IMG/VR virus record: IMGVR_UViG_3300050190_000017 | Reading direction: 5' to 3' (one strand) | DNA length: 64,000 nucleotides | Source of the DNA: a virus | Lineage: Duplodnaviria; Heunggongvirae; Uroviricota; Caudoviricetes | In this document: positions 37,353 to 46,574 of the stretch, piece after piece | Position numbering within the stretch: the first letter of the stretch is position 1 | Layout: each line of letters begins with the position of its first letter | The notes under the pieces: model-generated | The model's database searches: none | Told to the model about the DNA's origin: nothing | What the model saw: only the letters and a program-made list of their open reading frames with translations | Made by a program: the position numbers and the translations under genes

Positions 37353-38284
37353 AACTAAACGCGGCGCATCGACTGTTAGCTTCGGAGGATTGGTGGGAAG
37401 CTCTTGATGCCGACCAGAAGAAGCAATACATCAAGGATCATCCAGGCTCCAAGTATGCTAAGGATTCCATAAAGGAAGACTCGAAAGAACCCGAGGCTAA
37501 GGATACACCTGAGCCCCGTAAGGCGTCTGCAGGTGTCCTAAGAACCCACGGCCCTAAGATAGCGAGGCTACTCCGAGATTCATTCCCACTGTTATCCGGA
37601 GCTACCGCAGCCCTAAAGCATCTTGCCACAGGGAAGAAGCTAACTGAGGACCATCGGGATGTTCTCATGGAGCTCGGGGATACAGTCCTGAAATCAGCAT
37701 TGAAGTTCGCAGTAGGTAAGGAACAGGCACACCTTATTCATACTGCTGGTCACGTAGGTGTTCACGCAGTGAAATACGCTACGGAACACTTCAAAAAGAA
37801 CAAAGAGAATTCCAATGGTAAGGACGACCTCGAAGTGTTCGTGGACTCCGTGGCCGAGGGTATAGAGAAAGCCGATGTACCTGATGAAGAGGTATCGACA
37901 CCACCTAAGAAGGGTGCCATTGCTCAGCACATTAAGTCTAAGGCCTCACACATAGCTAAGGTACTAGACCGGTCCTTCCCTAGGGTAAAGCAGGCCACCA
38001 CAGGACTTGTAGCACTGAGTGAGGGTACAGAGTTGAGTGCTGAGCAGAAGAAAGCAATCAAGGGCCTAGGGAAGATGGCATTAGGCATGAGTATAGCGGC
38101 ACTACCTGGTGGGTTTGCCGCACACCTTGTTGCTGGTGCTGGCAGCCTAGCTTTAACTAGCGCGCTCAACGCCATTCGTAAAAGGAAAGTTCCGGAGGGC
38201 AGCGTTCTCCGCCACTTTGTAGAATCCATAGGGCAAGGATTAGAGGATGCTGTAGTGAGCAAAGCTCTAAAGGAAGAAGTATGA
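37349..38284 (+). CDS. KLNAAxRLLA-tagged protein, tandem paralog of 36321
   Basis: MKLNAAHRLLASE N-terminus; long stretches align with 36321. Confidence 0.6.
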   Translation: MKLNAAHRLLASEDWWEALDADQKKQYIKDHPGSKYAKDSIKEDSKEPEAKDTPEPRKASAGVLRTHGPKIARLLRDSFPLLSGATAALKHLATGKKLTEDHRDVLMELGDTVLKSALKFAVGKEQAHLIHTAGHVGVHAVKYATEHFKKNKENSNGKDDLEVFVDSVAEGIEKADVPDEEVSTPPKKGAIAQHIKSKASHIAKVLDRSFPRVKQATTGLVALSEGTELSAEQKKAIKGLGKMALGMSIAALPGGFAAHLVAGAGSLALTSALNAIRKRKVPEGSVLRHFVESIGQGLEDAVVSKALKEEV

Positions 38285-38784
38285 TGAAACTAAACGCAGC
38301 ACACAGGCTACTAGCTAGTCAAATCTTCTACCGAGGCCTAACTCAAACCTGGTCGGATGAACACGCAAAGAACCAGCACATCATCTTCATTACTCCTGAT
38401 CGAGACTACGCCTTAGAGTATGCAAAGGATGAACAGCACGTACTAGAATTTCATGCTGACATAGGGCATAGCTTCGACTTTGGTTTCCGAACGCTACAAA
38501 CGGAAGTTCAGCTGAAGGATGTAACCGATCGGGTGAAGCGTGGCATACTCTCGCAATTCCAGGAGGGTCACATCACTAGAGAAAAGGGTATGGAGCTCAT
38601 GGACGAACTAGCAGAGGTAAAGGGTTCCGGTTATAAGCATGTGTGGGAGTGGTACATGCAACTACCTGAGCTAGTTAGGATCCTCAAGGCTGCTGGGTTT
38701 AACTCTGTAGAAGGCAAGGAAGGAGTGAACGACGATATTCCTACCTACGGAGTATTCAGTGTTCACCAACTTAAACGTGTATAA
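38281..38784 (+). CDS. KLNAAxRLLA-tagged hypothetical protein (167 aa)
   Basis: MMKLNAAHRLLASQ; a YRG follows the tag, but no complete ART triad was seen. Confidence 0.55.
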   Translation: MMKLNAAHRLLASQIFYRGLTQTWSDEHAKNQHIIFITPDRDYALEYAKDEQHVLEFHADIGHSFDFGFRTLQTEVQLKDVTDRVKRGILSQFQEGHITREKGMELMDELAEVKGSGYKHVWEWYMQLPELVRILKAAGFNSVEGKEGVNDDIPTYGVFSVHQLKRV

Positions 38785-38821
38785 CTAGCAGTATTGATTT
38801 TCAGCTACTAGGAGAATCAAA

Positions 38822-39034
38822 GTGCCTAACGCATTAATCAATAAAGATGTCCGTGAAGGGCGTGGTACTAAGAAGAAATTGGAGAAGGACTGGGAGAAGT
38901 CTAAGAAGGACGCTGAGAAATCGCATCCTGATAACAAGTGGGCTTTGACTAACTACATTTACCAAAACCGGAGGGACGCCTCTGTCTTGGATGACGTAGA
39001 GGTTAGCGCGGCCCGTCGCTTACTGGGTAAGTAG
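38822..39034 (+). CDS. hypothetical basic protein (70 aa)
   Basis: ORF track; GTG start after GGAGAATCAAA. Confidence 0.45.
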   Translation: MPNALINKDVREGRGTKKKLEKDWEKSKKDAEKSHPDNKWALTNYIYQNRRDASVLDDVEVSAARRLLGK

Positions 39035-39097
39035 TAGCACTGACTAGCTGTATTGAATCCGGTGCTAACCCCACCTAACTTCAAATGTGAGGCAGTC

Positions 39098-39250
39098 ATG
39101 ACTAAGGTTAATGTAAGTCAAAACGTGAGTCAGAGTACGACTCAAGAGCAGAACCAGCAACAGCAACAAGGTCCAGGTGAACCTGAGGAGAATGGTCAGG
39201 AGCAGGAACAGGAGCAACCTGGACAAGAGCAGGAACAAGGCGACGAGTAA
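39098..39250 (+). CDS. Gln/Glu-rich low-complexity protein (50 aa)
   Basis: ATG with GAGG SD. The track ORF starts at an upstream TTG. Confidence 0.35.
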   Translation: MTKVNVSQNVSQSTTQEQNQQQQQGPGEPEENGQEQEQEQPGQEQEQGDE

Positions 39251-39336
39251 TCTAGCCTGAACGTGGGCCGTACACCGGGTAGAAGTACAGCCCACCTAGC
39301 CTCATTGATTCTACCATTTTCAATGAGAGCTACGAG

Positions 39337-40752
39337 ATGAAGATTAACGCAGCCTCCAGACTACTAGCTAGTCAAAAGTTAGCAACACACGATGGTCGCC
39401 TCTTACTCTTGGGCTTTGGTGCTGTAGGGCAGACGATGTTACCAATGCTCCTCCGCCACATAGATCTGAATCCCTCCAAGATAACTGTTTTGGATAAGGT
39501 AGAGCGCCCTGAATTCGCTCCCTACACAGGCATTCACTACGTAGTGCGTGAGATAGTAGAAGACAACATGGGCTCTACTCTTGAGTCCTTACTAGCTGAA
39601 GGTGATTACCTCGTCAACCTAAGCTTGAACATCGATGGAATAGCTATTGTAGAGTGGTGCCTATCCCATAACGTTATGTACATCGACACGTCCATTGAGC
39701 GTTGGGCTACCTCACCCGACGAGACAATACCCGATCTAGCAGAACGTACTTTGTACACAGAGCATCAAGAGATTAGGGAGATGGCTTCCAAGTACCCAGG
39801 TCATGCTACCTGTGTAGTAACGCACGGGGCTAACCCTGGGCTAGTATCGCATTTCACAAAAGCTGCATTACTCAAGATTGCTAAGGATACCGGATTATCT
39901 ACTGAGGTTCCACAGAACCAAATGGGTTGGGCAGCTCTAGCCGAGGCCACTGATACTAAGGTGATTCAAATAGCAGAACGCGATACACAGATACTGAAGG
40001 TTCCTAAGCGCGTACATGAATTCGTTAACACCTGGAGCTGCGAAGGCTTCTGGGCTGAGGGTAGAGCACCTGCTGAACTAGGTTGGGGGTCGCACGAACC
40101 GCAAGAGGTTGGTGGCTTAACTGTGCAGGGGAATTCAGCGTATCTCGACACTCCCGGAGTAGCCACCCTCGTGAAGTCCTGGGTGCCTCTTGGTGGTACG
40201 TATAACGGATTCCTAATCCAGCACTCAGAGGCAGTAACGATCAGTGAGTATCTATCCACTGATTCCTATAGACCTACAGTGTACTATGCGTATCAGCCGA
40301 CAGATGCAGCATTGGCCTCAATCCATGAGATGCGTGGACAAGAATTGTGGATGCACCGTAATACTAGGATTGCTAAGAACTCCATACTAAGTGGTATCGA
40401 TGAACTAGGGGTGTTGCTCCTAGGTCATGGTAAGAATGCGCTGTGGTATGGCTCTCAATTAGATATAGAGGAAGCTCGATCGTTAGTTCCTGGTCAGAAT
40501 GCAACTACTGTGCAGGTATGTGCCTCACTGCTAGGGGCTATAGTATGGACGTTAGAGAATCCGAGAATGGGTTATTGTGAGCCAGAAGACTTACCCTTCG
40601 ACTTTGTGCTGTCAATAGCTAAACCCTACCTTGGTCCTATGGTGGCTTACTATTCAGATTGGAGTCCCTTGGATAACAGAGGGCACCTGTACAAGAAGGA
40701 TTTCGATGAAGATAACGAATGGGCTTTCACAAACTTTTTAGTAGGGAAATAG
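39337..40752 (+). CDS. KLNAAxRLLA-tagged homospermidine synthase-like / saccharopine dehydrogenase-family NAD(P)-binding enzyme
   Basis: Tag MKINAASRLLASQ, then the Rossmann motif LLLLGFGAVGQ. Length of 471 aa and overall pattern fit bacterial HSS. Confidence 0.55.
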   Translation: MKINAASRLLASQKLATHDGRLLLLGFGAVGQTMLPMLLRHIDLNPSKITVLDKVERPEFAPYTGIHYVVREIVEDNMGSTLESLLAEGDYLVNLSLNIDGIAIVEWCLSHNVMYIDTSIERWATSPDETIPDLAERTLYTEHQEIREMASKYPGHATCVVTHGANPGLVSHFTKAALLKIAKDTGLSTEVPQNQMGWAALAEATDTKVIQIAERDTQILKVPKRVHEFVNTWSCEGFWAEGRAPAELGWGSHEPQEVGGLTVQGNSAYLDTPGVATLVKSWVPLGGTYNGFLIQHSEAVTISEYLSTDSYRPTVYYAYQPTDAALASIHEMRGQELWMHRNTRIAKNSILSGIDELGVLLLGHGKNALWYGSQLDIEEARSLVPGQNATTVQVCASLLGAIVWTLENPRMGYCEPEDLPFDFVLSIAKPYLGPMVAYYSDWSPLDNRGHLYKKDFDEDNEWAFTNFLVGK

Positions 40753-40755
40753 AAA

Positions 40756-41379
40756 ATGAAGTTAAACGCAGCTACTAGGTTAATCGCAGTCACCTTGACA
40801 GAGTATCTGAAGGACTTGAAGTCACAAGGTATAGAGCCTGTAGCAAAGGGCTCTCACGCCTTTGTCTTTCAGCATCTAACAGATCCGACGACGATGGTGA
40901 AGGTGTTCACTCACGACCCTGCGTTCGAATCGTATACGAAGTTCTGTCAGGCTAATCCCCACAATCCGTATCTATTGAAGATCAAGGGCGAGCACCACGA
41001 CGAACACGGTCTGGATCCTGATCCGAAGTACAAAGGCCACATTTGGAACTCAGATAAGACAGGACTTCACGTGGTCTTCATGGAGAAACTGACTCCTATG
41101 TCAGAAGCCCAGTTCAAGAAGTTCATCTATGGACTGGAGACTATATGCTTTGTACCGCACCAGAAAAACCTCTCGGTATACCAGTCTAAGGTTAGTCCGC
41201 TGTGGACCCGCCTATGTGAGATAAAGACTTCGCGTGGCGCACCCTTAGATCCGAATCTAAAACAATTCGCCGAGTGGCTTGTAGCTGAGTACAACACTGG
41301 TGATGGCTACCCGGACATCCACAAGGACAACTTCATGATGCGCGGAAGGCAGGTTGTCATAGTGGACCCGACTTCTTAG
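40756..41379 (+). CDS. KLNAAxRLLA-tagged protein-kinase-like fold protein
   Basis: Tag, then a G-loop-like GSHAFVF, a Lys in MVKVF and catalytic-loop-like DIHKDNFMM. Confidence 0.45.
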   Translation: MKLNAATRLIAVTLTEYLKDLKSQGIEPVAKGSHAFVFQHLTDPTTMVKVFTHDPAFESYTKFCQANPHNPYLLKIKGEHHDEHGLDPDPKYKGHIWNSDKTGLHVVFMEKLTPMSEAQFKKFIYGLETICFVPHQKNLSVYQSKVSPLWTRLCEIKTSRGAPLDPNLKQFAEWLVAEYNTGDGYPDIHKDNFMMRGRQVVIVDPTS

Positions 41380-41388
41380 GACCTGACA

Positions 41389-41958
41389 ATGAAACTAAAT
41401 GCAGCTACACGACTACTAGCACACAAAGATGGTGAAGAATGGGTCCCTGGGGTGAGGGGGTACCACTACGCGGTTGGTTGCCTACTCCTAGCTGCAGACA
41501 CACTGAACTTCAGTTTCCAACTCCGTAGCACTACTTCGGATACGCCAAACACGTACGGTTGTTGGGGAGGTTCTATCGACGGTAACGAGGAAACGTTCAC
41601 CGCACTCAAACGGGAACTTAGAGAGGAAACAGGATACACAGGTGAGATGAAGATATTCCCTCTCATGACGTACTATGATGCAGACCGCGGATTTCAGTAC
41701 GCTAACAATCTCGTAGTCATTCCTAAGCAATTCGAGATTAATTCTCCACCTGAATTCGCTGAGGAAACCGCAGGTAACGTATGGGTGCCGTATAATGAGT
41801 GGCCTGATCCCCTACACCCTGGGCTAGAATCATTGCTAGCTGATCCACAGTCGATGCGCTCAGTTGAGATGGAAATCTCCAGAATAGAAAACGCGAAGAA
41901 GAATGGCGTCGACCCTCTGAAGATGAGCGCGGCGTACAGACTTACCCACTTTGATTAG
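41389..41958 (+). CDS. KLNAAxRLLA-tagged Nudix hydrolase
   Basis: Tag, then the Nudix box GGSIDGNEETFTALKRELREETGY. Confidence 0.75.
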   Translation: MKLNAATRLLAHKDGEEWVPGVRGYHYAVGCLLLAADTLNFSFQLRSTTSDTPNTYGCWGGSIDGNEETFTALKRELREETGYTGEMKIFPLMTYYDADRGFQYANNLVVIPKQFEINSPPEFAEETAGNVWVPYNEWPDPLHPGLESLLADPQSMRSVEMEISRIENAKKNGVDPLKMSAAYRLTHFD

Positions 41959-41960
41959 AC

Positions 41961-41968
41961 TGTAAATA
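41961..41968 (+). promoter_or_regulatory. TGTAAATA box
   Basis: After the stop of 41389, upstream of 42010. Confidence 0.4.
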
Positions 41969-42009
41969 GTGGTTGAAACATAACAACTTTTAGCCTTACG
42001 GAGATTTAG

Positions 42010-42354
42010 ATGCTTGTATCTGGTACTATGCAGGACTGCGCTCTCGGTAAATGGGATCGCCACGTAACAACGTTTATGAAAGATATGTTCTGGAACTCAC
42101 TCAAAGAACGGTTGATCACCCTTGACAAAGCACCTGGAGTAGAGTTTGTTTACTACGATGCTTCCCTCACTGCACAGAACAGGAAACGAACTAAGTTTGT
42201 GAAGATCGCTACTTCCGGTGAGGTGCAAGTAGATGTGAGACTTCGTAACGGTGAGTTCAAGTCCCAATACTTTAGCCTCAATACCGTGTGCGCTACCATA
42301 GAGTGCTTTGCACAGCAAGTCCAGAAGCAATTCCCCGCTCTAGCCGTAAACTAA
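42010..42354 (+). CDS. hypothetical protein (114 aa, untagged)
   Basis: ORF track; ACGGAGATTTAGATG. Confidence 0.5.
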   Translation: MLVSGTMQDCALGKWDRHVTTFMKDMFWNSLKERLITLDKAPGVEFVYYDASLTAQNRKRTKFVKIATSGEVQVDVRLRNGEFKSQYFSLNTVCATIECFAQQVQKQFPALAVN

Positions 42355-42418
42355 GTCCCTCCTTCAACTCCAGGTCAATTTTATAATAATTAAAATAGTT
42401 GATCTGGAGGCACCCAAA

Positions 42419-43648
42419 TTGCCGTACAAGAATAGTACGAATAATCGTCTTCTACCTCCCAATGCTCGTGGTGCCGATGTAGCTGAGAAGGCTATCACCG
42501 AGGTGATGGCTATCCAGCAGAACAAGACGTACAATGCCTTCAGAGCCCAGGGAATTTCCTGCTGCCACTACAACCGTTTGCTCCAAGGTCGTAAGTGTAG
42601 CTGCCAAGCATCTGGTAAACAGATCAACGGTATCCTCGGCAAAGATGGTAAGGCATCCCAAGGTGATATTAACTCGATGTTGACTGGCGCTATGGAGTTT
42701 ACGATCACTCCGTACGAGCAGCCTAATCGACAATTCCCAAATAACATCACTGAGACTTCGCCGTTCTCTACCGACCCAAACCAAGGGCAATTCTCACTTG
42801 GTAGCACTGGAGAAGGCGGTGACTTCCCCTTCGAGGTCATCACAGAAGGTATCGACTTCGAGGATAACGGCCCTCTTAACTCGACCACCATAGATGATCT
42901 AGTAGGTGACTTCGATGCATCTGTTCTCGGCTTCTCGGATGTAGCGTGTCCCATTTGTTTTGGCACTGGATTCATTGGTGGGTTTGCCCCATTCCACGCG
43001 CACCGTACAGTCCTCACCGTTACGGACGTTAAGTTATCCCAAGAAGGCGAGATCAACGTAACGAGGAAGCCACTTACCGCTAAGGCGCAAAACTTCTCGG
43101 TCATTGTGAAGTTTCCTCGTGGTGCTATAGGGATAGATGTATTCAAGGTGTGGAATATGGCGAAGGCGGTTCCTGCTACCTTTAGCATCGATGGAACTCC
43201 CATTACGAATCCTACACAGGTACTAGCCTTGTGTGACGGAGGTCCTCACTTACTAACTGCCAATGTTAATGGGGAGTTCTCCCACCTAGAGATTCAATTC
43301 GCACTCACTACTGAGTCGGTGTATTTTGAATTCCCGAAACGTAACATAGGAACCGATATATCGTTGCTGGAACAGATGGAACCCTTCCAGATTGTATTGA
43401 GTCCTAATGTACCTACTATTAACTCCCAGGATATTATCGTGGAGTCACAGCTTGGTAAAGTCCTGGTCGTACAATCAGTCAATACGTGGAAGTCTCGGCA
43501 ACGTTCAATCCTAGGTTGGGAAGTTCAGGTGCGAGTAATACAGCCGCAGGAGCTATATAGAATACTGCCTCCTCGTGGTCGTATCATGTCTAAGGACAGG
43601 ACTACACTGAACTCGAGGGATAACGTTACCGGCAAGTACAGAACGTAG
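42419..43648 (+). CDS. hypothetical protein (409 aa, untagged)
   Basis: ORF track; TTG start 9 nt after GGAGG. The minus-strand ORF 42568-43203 is judged a shadow. Confidence 0.5.
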   Translation: MPYKNSTNNRLLPPNARGADVAEKAITEVMAIQQNKTYNAFRAQGISCCHYNRLLQGRKCSCQASGKQINGILGKDGKASQGDINSMLTGAMEFTITPYEQPNRQFPNNITETSPFSTDPNQGQFSLGSTGEGGDFPFEVITEGIDFEDNGPLNSTTIDDLVGDFDASVLGFSDVACPICFGTGFIGGFAPFHAHRTVLTVTDVKLSQEGEINVTRKPLTAKAQNFSVIVKFPRGAIGIDVFKVWNMAKAVPATFSIDGTPITNPTQVLALCDGGPHLLTANVNGEFSHLEIQFALTTESVYFEFPKRNIGTDISLLEQMEPFQIVLSPNVPTINSQDIIVESQLGKVLVVQSVNTWKSRQRSILGWEVQVRVIQPQELYRILPPRGRIMSKDRTTLNSRDNVTGKYRT

Positions 43649-43709
43649 TACCGAACATACTAGAATACAATTTAATCTTATTCAGATCTCGAATTCGTAA
43701 GGAATAATA

Positions 43710-45107
43710 ATGGTCAAGACTAATGCAGCCGCTCGCCTCCGCGCTTCCTCGGGTATTACTGCCACGAAGAAGTCAGCAACAGCTAAGAACAAAACAGTAG
43801 CCCGAACTCGTGTCCACGCGATCGAACTACCGAAGTTTCGTTACATCGATGACGTCACTCGCTTCCTAGATACTATGAAGGAAGAGATCGACGAGAACGA
43901 GAAGGTTATTAAGGTACACCAAACTCAGTTGGCCTTCCTAAAGAAGCCAAAGGAGTGGGTTGGTGCTACTCTAGTTAAGGCTGCTGAGATGGAACTCACC
44001 ATCAAAGAAGGTGAAGGTGGGTCAAATAAATCACGACTCAAGCGTAAGATTGATCCAGAACTTACTAAGGTGGTGGTCCCTAACGTTAAGAAGCTGGAAG
44101 AGCAGTACTCTCTCTCTGAGGACCTATACGAGAAACATCGTACCCTAGAAGCAGTGGAAGCTCAACTCTCTATGCAGTTCCCGGATCGTCGTGGTGAAGC
44201 GTATACAGCTACTATAGCTGCACTCCATGAGTTGAAAGGTAAGGTTGCTAAGCAGTTGAAAACGGTCTTAGGCTTCCTAAATGAAGTGGCAGCCAAGCAT
44301 GTGCCGAAGACCTTCGAGAAGTACATCGACGTTATTCGTCAGGAAGTGCAAGAGCACGTTATGTTTGAGGACTCCAATCTGTTCCTCTACGTATCGACTT
44401 CTGCTGAAGGCCAGATCGTTTTCACCTACTACCTGATGCTGATTAACGCTACTAACGATGAAGGTAAGGTAACGCCTAGCCTGTACATCTCAGTGCAATG
44501 GGTTGTTGGTGAGTCTACTACGATTCAGATTAACCCAGAGTACGAACTCCCGGGTCAACTGCTGAAAGAGGGAGGTGAATCGGTTGGCTCAGCAGGCGAG
44601 GCAGTTAAAGCTATCTCTGATCTCTTAGCTCTAGAAGACTTCAGCTCCTCGCTCGGTACTGTGCCGTTGTCCACGCAACTGCGGAAACCCCTGAACGAGT
44701 TGAAGCCAGAGATGTTTAGCTACAAGGATTTCATTCAGAAGCTGGATGTAGATGAAGATAAGCTAGTGTTCAAGCTGCGTAAAGGTGTTGAGCCTGAGCA
44801 AGCCAAGGAAGTTGCGTATGCCCTGTACCAGGAAGTAAAGGGGTTGTTTAAGAGCTCACGCACTGCTAAGATTCGAATGAAGCCCTCTAGCACGCAAATT
44901 GAATTCACAGTGACCAACGTAGCGAAGGGTAGAGAGGTCTCAGTGCACGATGCTGAATTCCTAGGCCAGAAGTTTGGATTAAATAACGCCCAACTCCGAA
45001 AAGTTCTTTTGATTCTGAACAGTGGCATCGGAGAAGAAAGTAAGCCTTCCGAAGCTCCTGAAACCAAAGCTGAGCAGCCGACAGGTAAAGAGAAGCTGTG
45101 GCTCTAG
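43710..45107 (+). CDS. KLNAAxRLLA-tagged hypothetical protein (465 aa)
   Basis: MVKTNAAARLRASS; AAGGAATAATAATG. Confidence 0.6.
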   Translation: MVKTNAAARLRASSGITATKKSATAKNKTVARTRVHAIELPKFRYIDDVTRFLDTMKEEIDENEKVIKVHQTQLAFLKKPKEWVGATLVKAAEMELTIKEGEGGSNKSRLKRKIDPELTKVVVPNVKKLEEQYSLSEDLYEKHRTLEAVEAQLSMQFPDRRGEAYTATIAALHELKGKVAKQLKTVLGFLNEVAAKHVPKTFEKYIDVIRQEVQEHVMFEDSNLFLYVSTSAEGQIVFTYYLMLINATNDEGKVTPSLYISVQWVVGESTTIQINPEYELPGQLLKEGGESVGSAGEAVKAISDLLALEDFSSSLGTVPLSTQLRKPLNELKPEMFSYKDFIQKLDVDEDKLVFKLRKGVEPEQAKEVAYALYQEVKGLFKSSRTAKIRMKPSSTQIEFTVTNVAKGREVSVHDAEFLGQKFGLNNAQLRKVLLILNSGIGEESKPSEAPETKAEQPTGKEKLWL

Positions 45108-45148
45108 CATGATACTTAGCAGCATTGAAAACTTACTAAGGATTCCCT

Positions 45149-45418
45149 ATGTTTAAACTCAATGCTGCTTCTCGATTACTTTCTATGTACGAGGTCCACG
45201 CTGACCCTTTTGAAGGCTGGATCAACAGCCTCCAGTTCACCTACGATCGCCCAGAGGGTGCTAACTATGTCACGGTAGACGCCACACTCTCTGAGGTAGT
45301 CTCCAAGTTGAAAAGCGATGGGTGGACGTCAACAGGCTCCGGTGAGTTTAGTAAAGGTGAGCACAAGTGCCACGTAGCCAAAGAGGGTAACAAGGCTCGC
45401 ATAACCGACCGAGGCTAA
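45149..45418 (+). CDS. KLNAAxRLLA-tagged hypothetical protein (89 aa)
   Basis: MFKLNAASRLLSMY. Confidence 0.55.
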   Translation: MFKLNAASRLLSMYEVHADPFEGWINSLQFTYDRPEGANYVTVDATLSEVVSKLKSDGWTSTGSGEFSKGEHKCHVAKEGNKARITDRG

Positions 45419-45424
45419 CGCATA

Positions 45425-45763
45425 GTGGCTAACACTAGAGAGATTAATATGAAAGCTGCACACCGACTAGTAGCGTCCCTTATAGAGGAGCAAGCCATGT
45501 TGAGTACCCACCTGATTGAACTACTAGCGAACTATGGTATCGAAGCGGAGTCACCAGATGACGCAAATAATTCCCTGCTAGTGTACGAGGAAAGCCCCCG
45601 TATCGTCATGGCCTTGGCGTTAGCTCGATGGATCTCAGATGAACCTCGGCAGGTCAACGGTGGTATGTACTGTGCGGGCACTACAGTTCAATTGAAACAG
45701 AAGGGACAGACTATCCGCCTACTGACGACAGCGCCAGGAAGGTCTGTACTATGGCTAATATGA
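45425..45763 (+). CDS. partially tagged hypothetical protein (112 aa; MKAAHRLVASL starts at the second Met, 45449)
   Basis: ORF track; true start at 45425 or 45449. Confidence 0.5.
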   Translation: MANTREINMKAAHRLVASLIEEQAMLSTHLIELLANYGIEAESPDDANNSLLVYEESPRIVMALALARWISDEPRQVNGGMYCAGTTVQLKQKGQTIRLLTTAPGRSVLWLI

Positions 45764-46473
45764 AAGAGACAAAAGCAATGCACGCACCTAGGCACAGAAC
45801 AGGTGAGACTGCCCCAATAGCAGATGGGGAACTATCAATTGGCGATCCTGACATCTGGGGTAACGGCATTAACAACACGTTAGTTCAGCCATCTATAGGA
45901 GTATCAGGCGTCAAGCTGAACGCCGCACACAGGCTGTTAGCTGCAGCTGAACCCCTCCCTGAATGGGTTTCACATACTATACAGCAGTGGATAAGTGGCG
46001 GTTCTGGTAGATTCACCTCCGCGCAAATGCAGGATGCCCTAAAAGCTTTCCACGTCGTTAGAGAAAGCTACCGTAGTACACTACCGAAGGTAGTGTATCG
46101 AGGGTTGCTTATCCCTGAGACCGCGCTGACAAAGATCCTAAACGGCAAGCCGTTGAAAGTAGAGCCCGCTGTTCTTTCATCCTGGACCTCAGATCCTAAA
46201 GTTGCATTGAAGTACGCCAACGTCACCTGGGATACACCTTTAGAACAGATCGGAATTATATTAGCTATTCATACGCCACCGTCAGCTCTGTTCTATATAG
46301 ATAAAAAGTTCATACGTACTGTCCTGGATGATCCATTTTCCCACGATCAGAAAGAGGTAGTGGTTCAGGGGCCAGGTGTGTCCCACGTTAGCAGAGACAA
46401 CATACTAGCCGTAGTCTCAGAGACTAATACCCCTCTTAAGGTTTCAGAGTACCTGAAGGGAATTGAAAAATGA
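45751..46473 (+). CDS. Alt/C3-like mono-ADP-ribosyltransferase (R-S-E class) with internal KLNAAHRLLA tag
   Basis: VVYRGLL (Arg), LSSWTSD (STS-like) and DQKEVVVQGPG (QxE plus hydrophobic strand) in canonical order and spacing. The tag begins at about residue 56. Confidence 0.65.
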   Translation: MANMKETKAMHAPRHRTGETAPIADGELSIGDPDIWGNGINNTLVQPSIGVSGVKLNAAHRLLAAAEPLPEWVSHTIQQWISGGSGRFTSAQMQDALKAFHVVRESYRSTLPKVVYRGLLIPETALTKILNGKPLKVEPAVLSSWTSDPKVALKYANVTWDTPLEQIGIILAIHTPPSALFYIDKKFIRTVLDDPFSHDQKEVVVQGPGVSHVSRDNILAVVSETNTPLKVSEYLKGIEK

Positions 46474-46574
46474 ACAACACATTTGTCTACTTCGCACAGC
46501 CAACAGAAAACACATTAGTAGCTCCGAACCTAACGCCTATGCTTGCTCCAGGTGAAACGACATGCAATTAAATG
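46473..46574 (+). pseudogene. truncated duplicate of the 5' end of gene 47092 (33 codons), running into the start of 46562
   Basis: Nucleotides 46473-46560 are about 85% identical to 47092-47180. Both encode MNNTFVYFAQPTENTLVAPNLT(S/P)MLAPGET. Confidence 0.6.
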
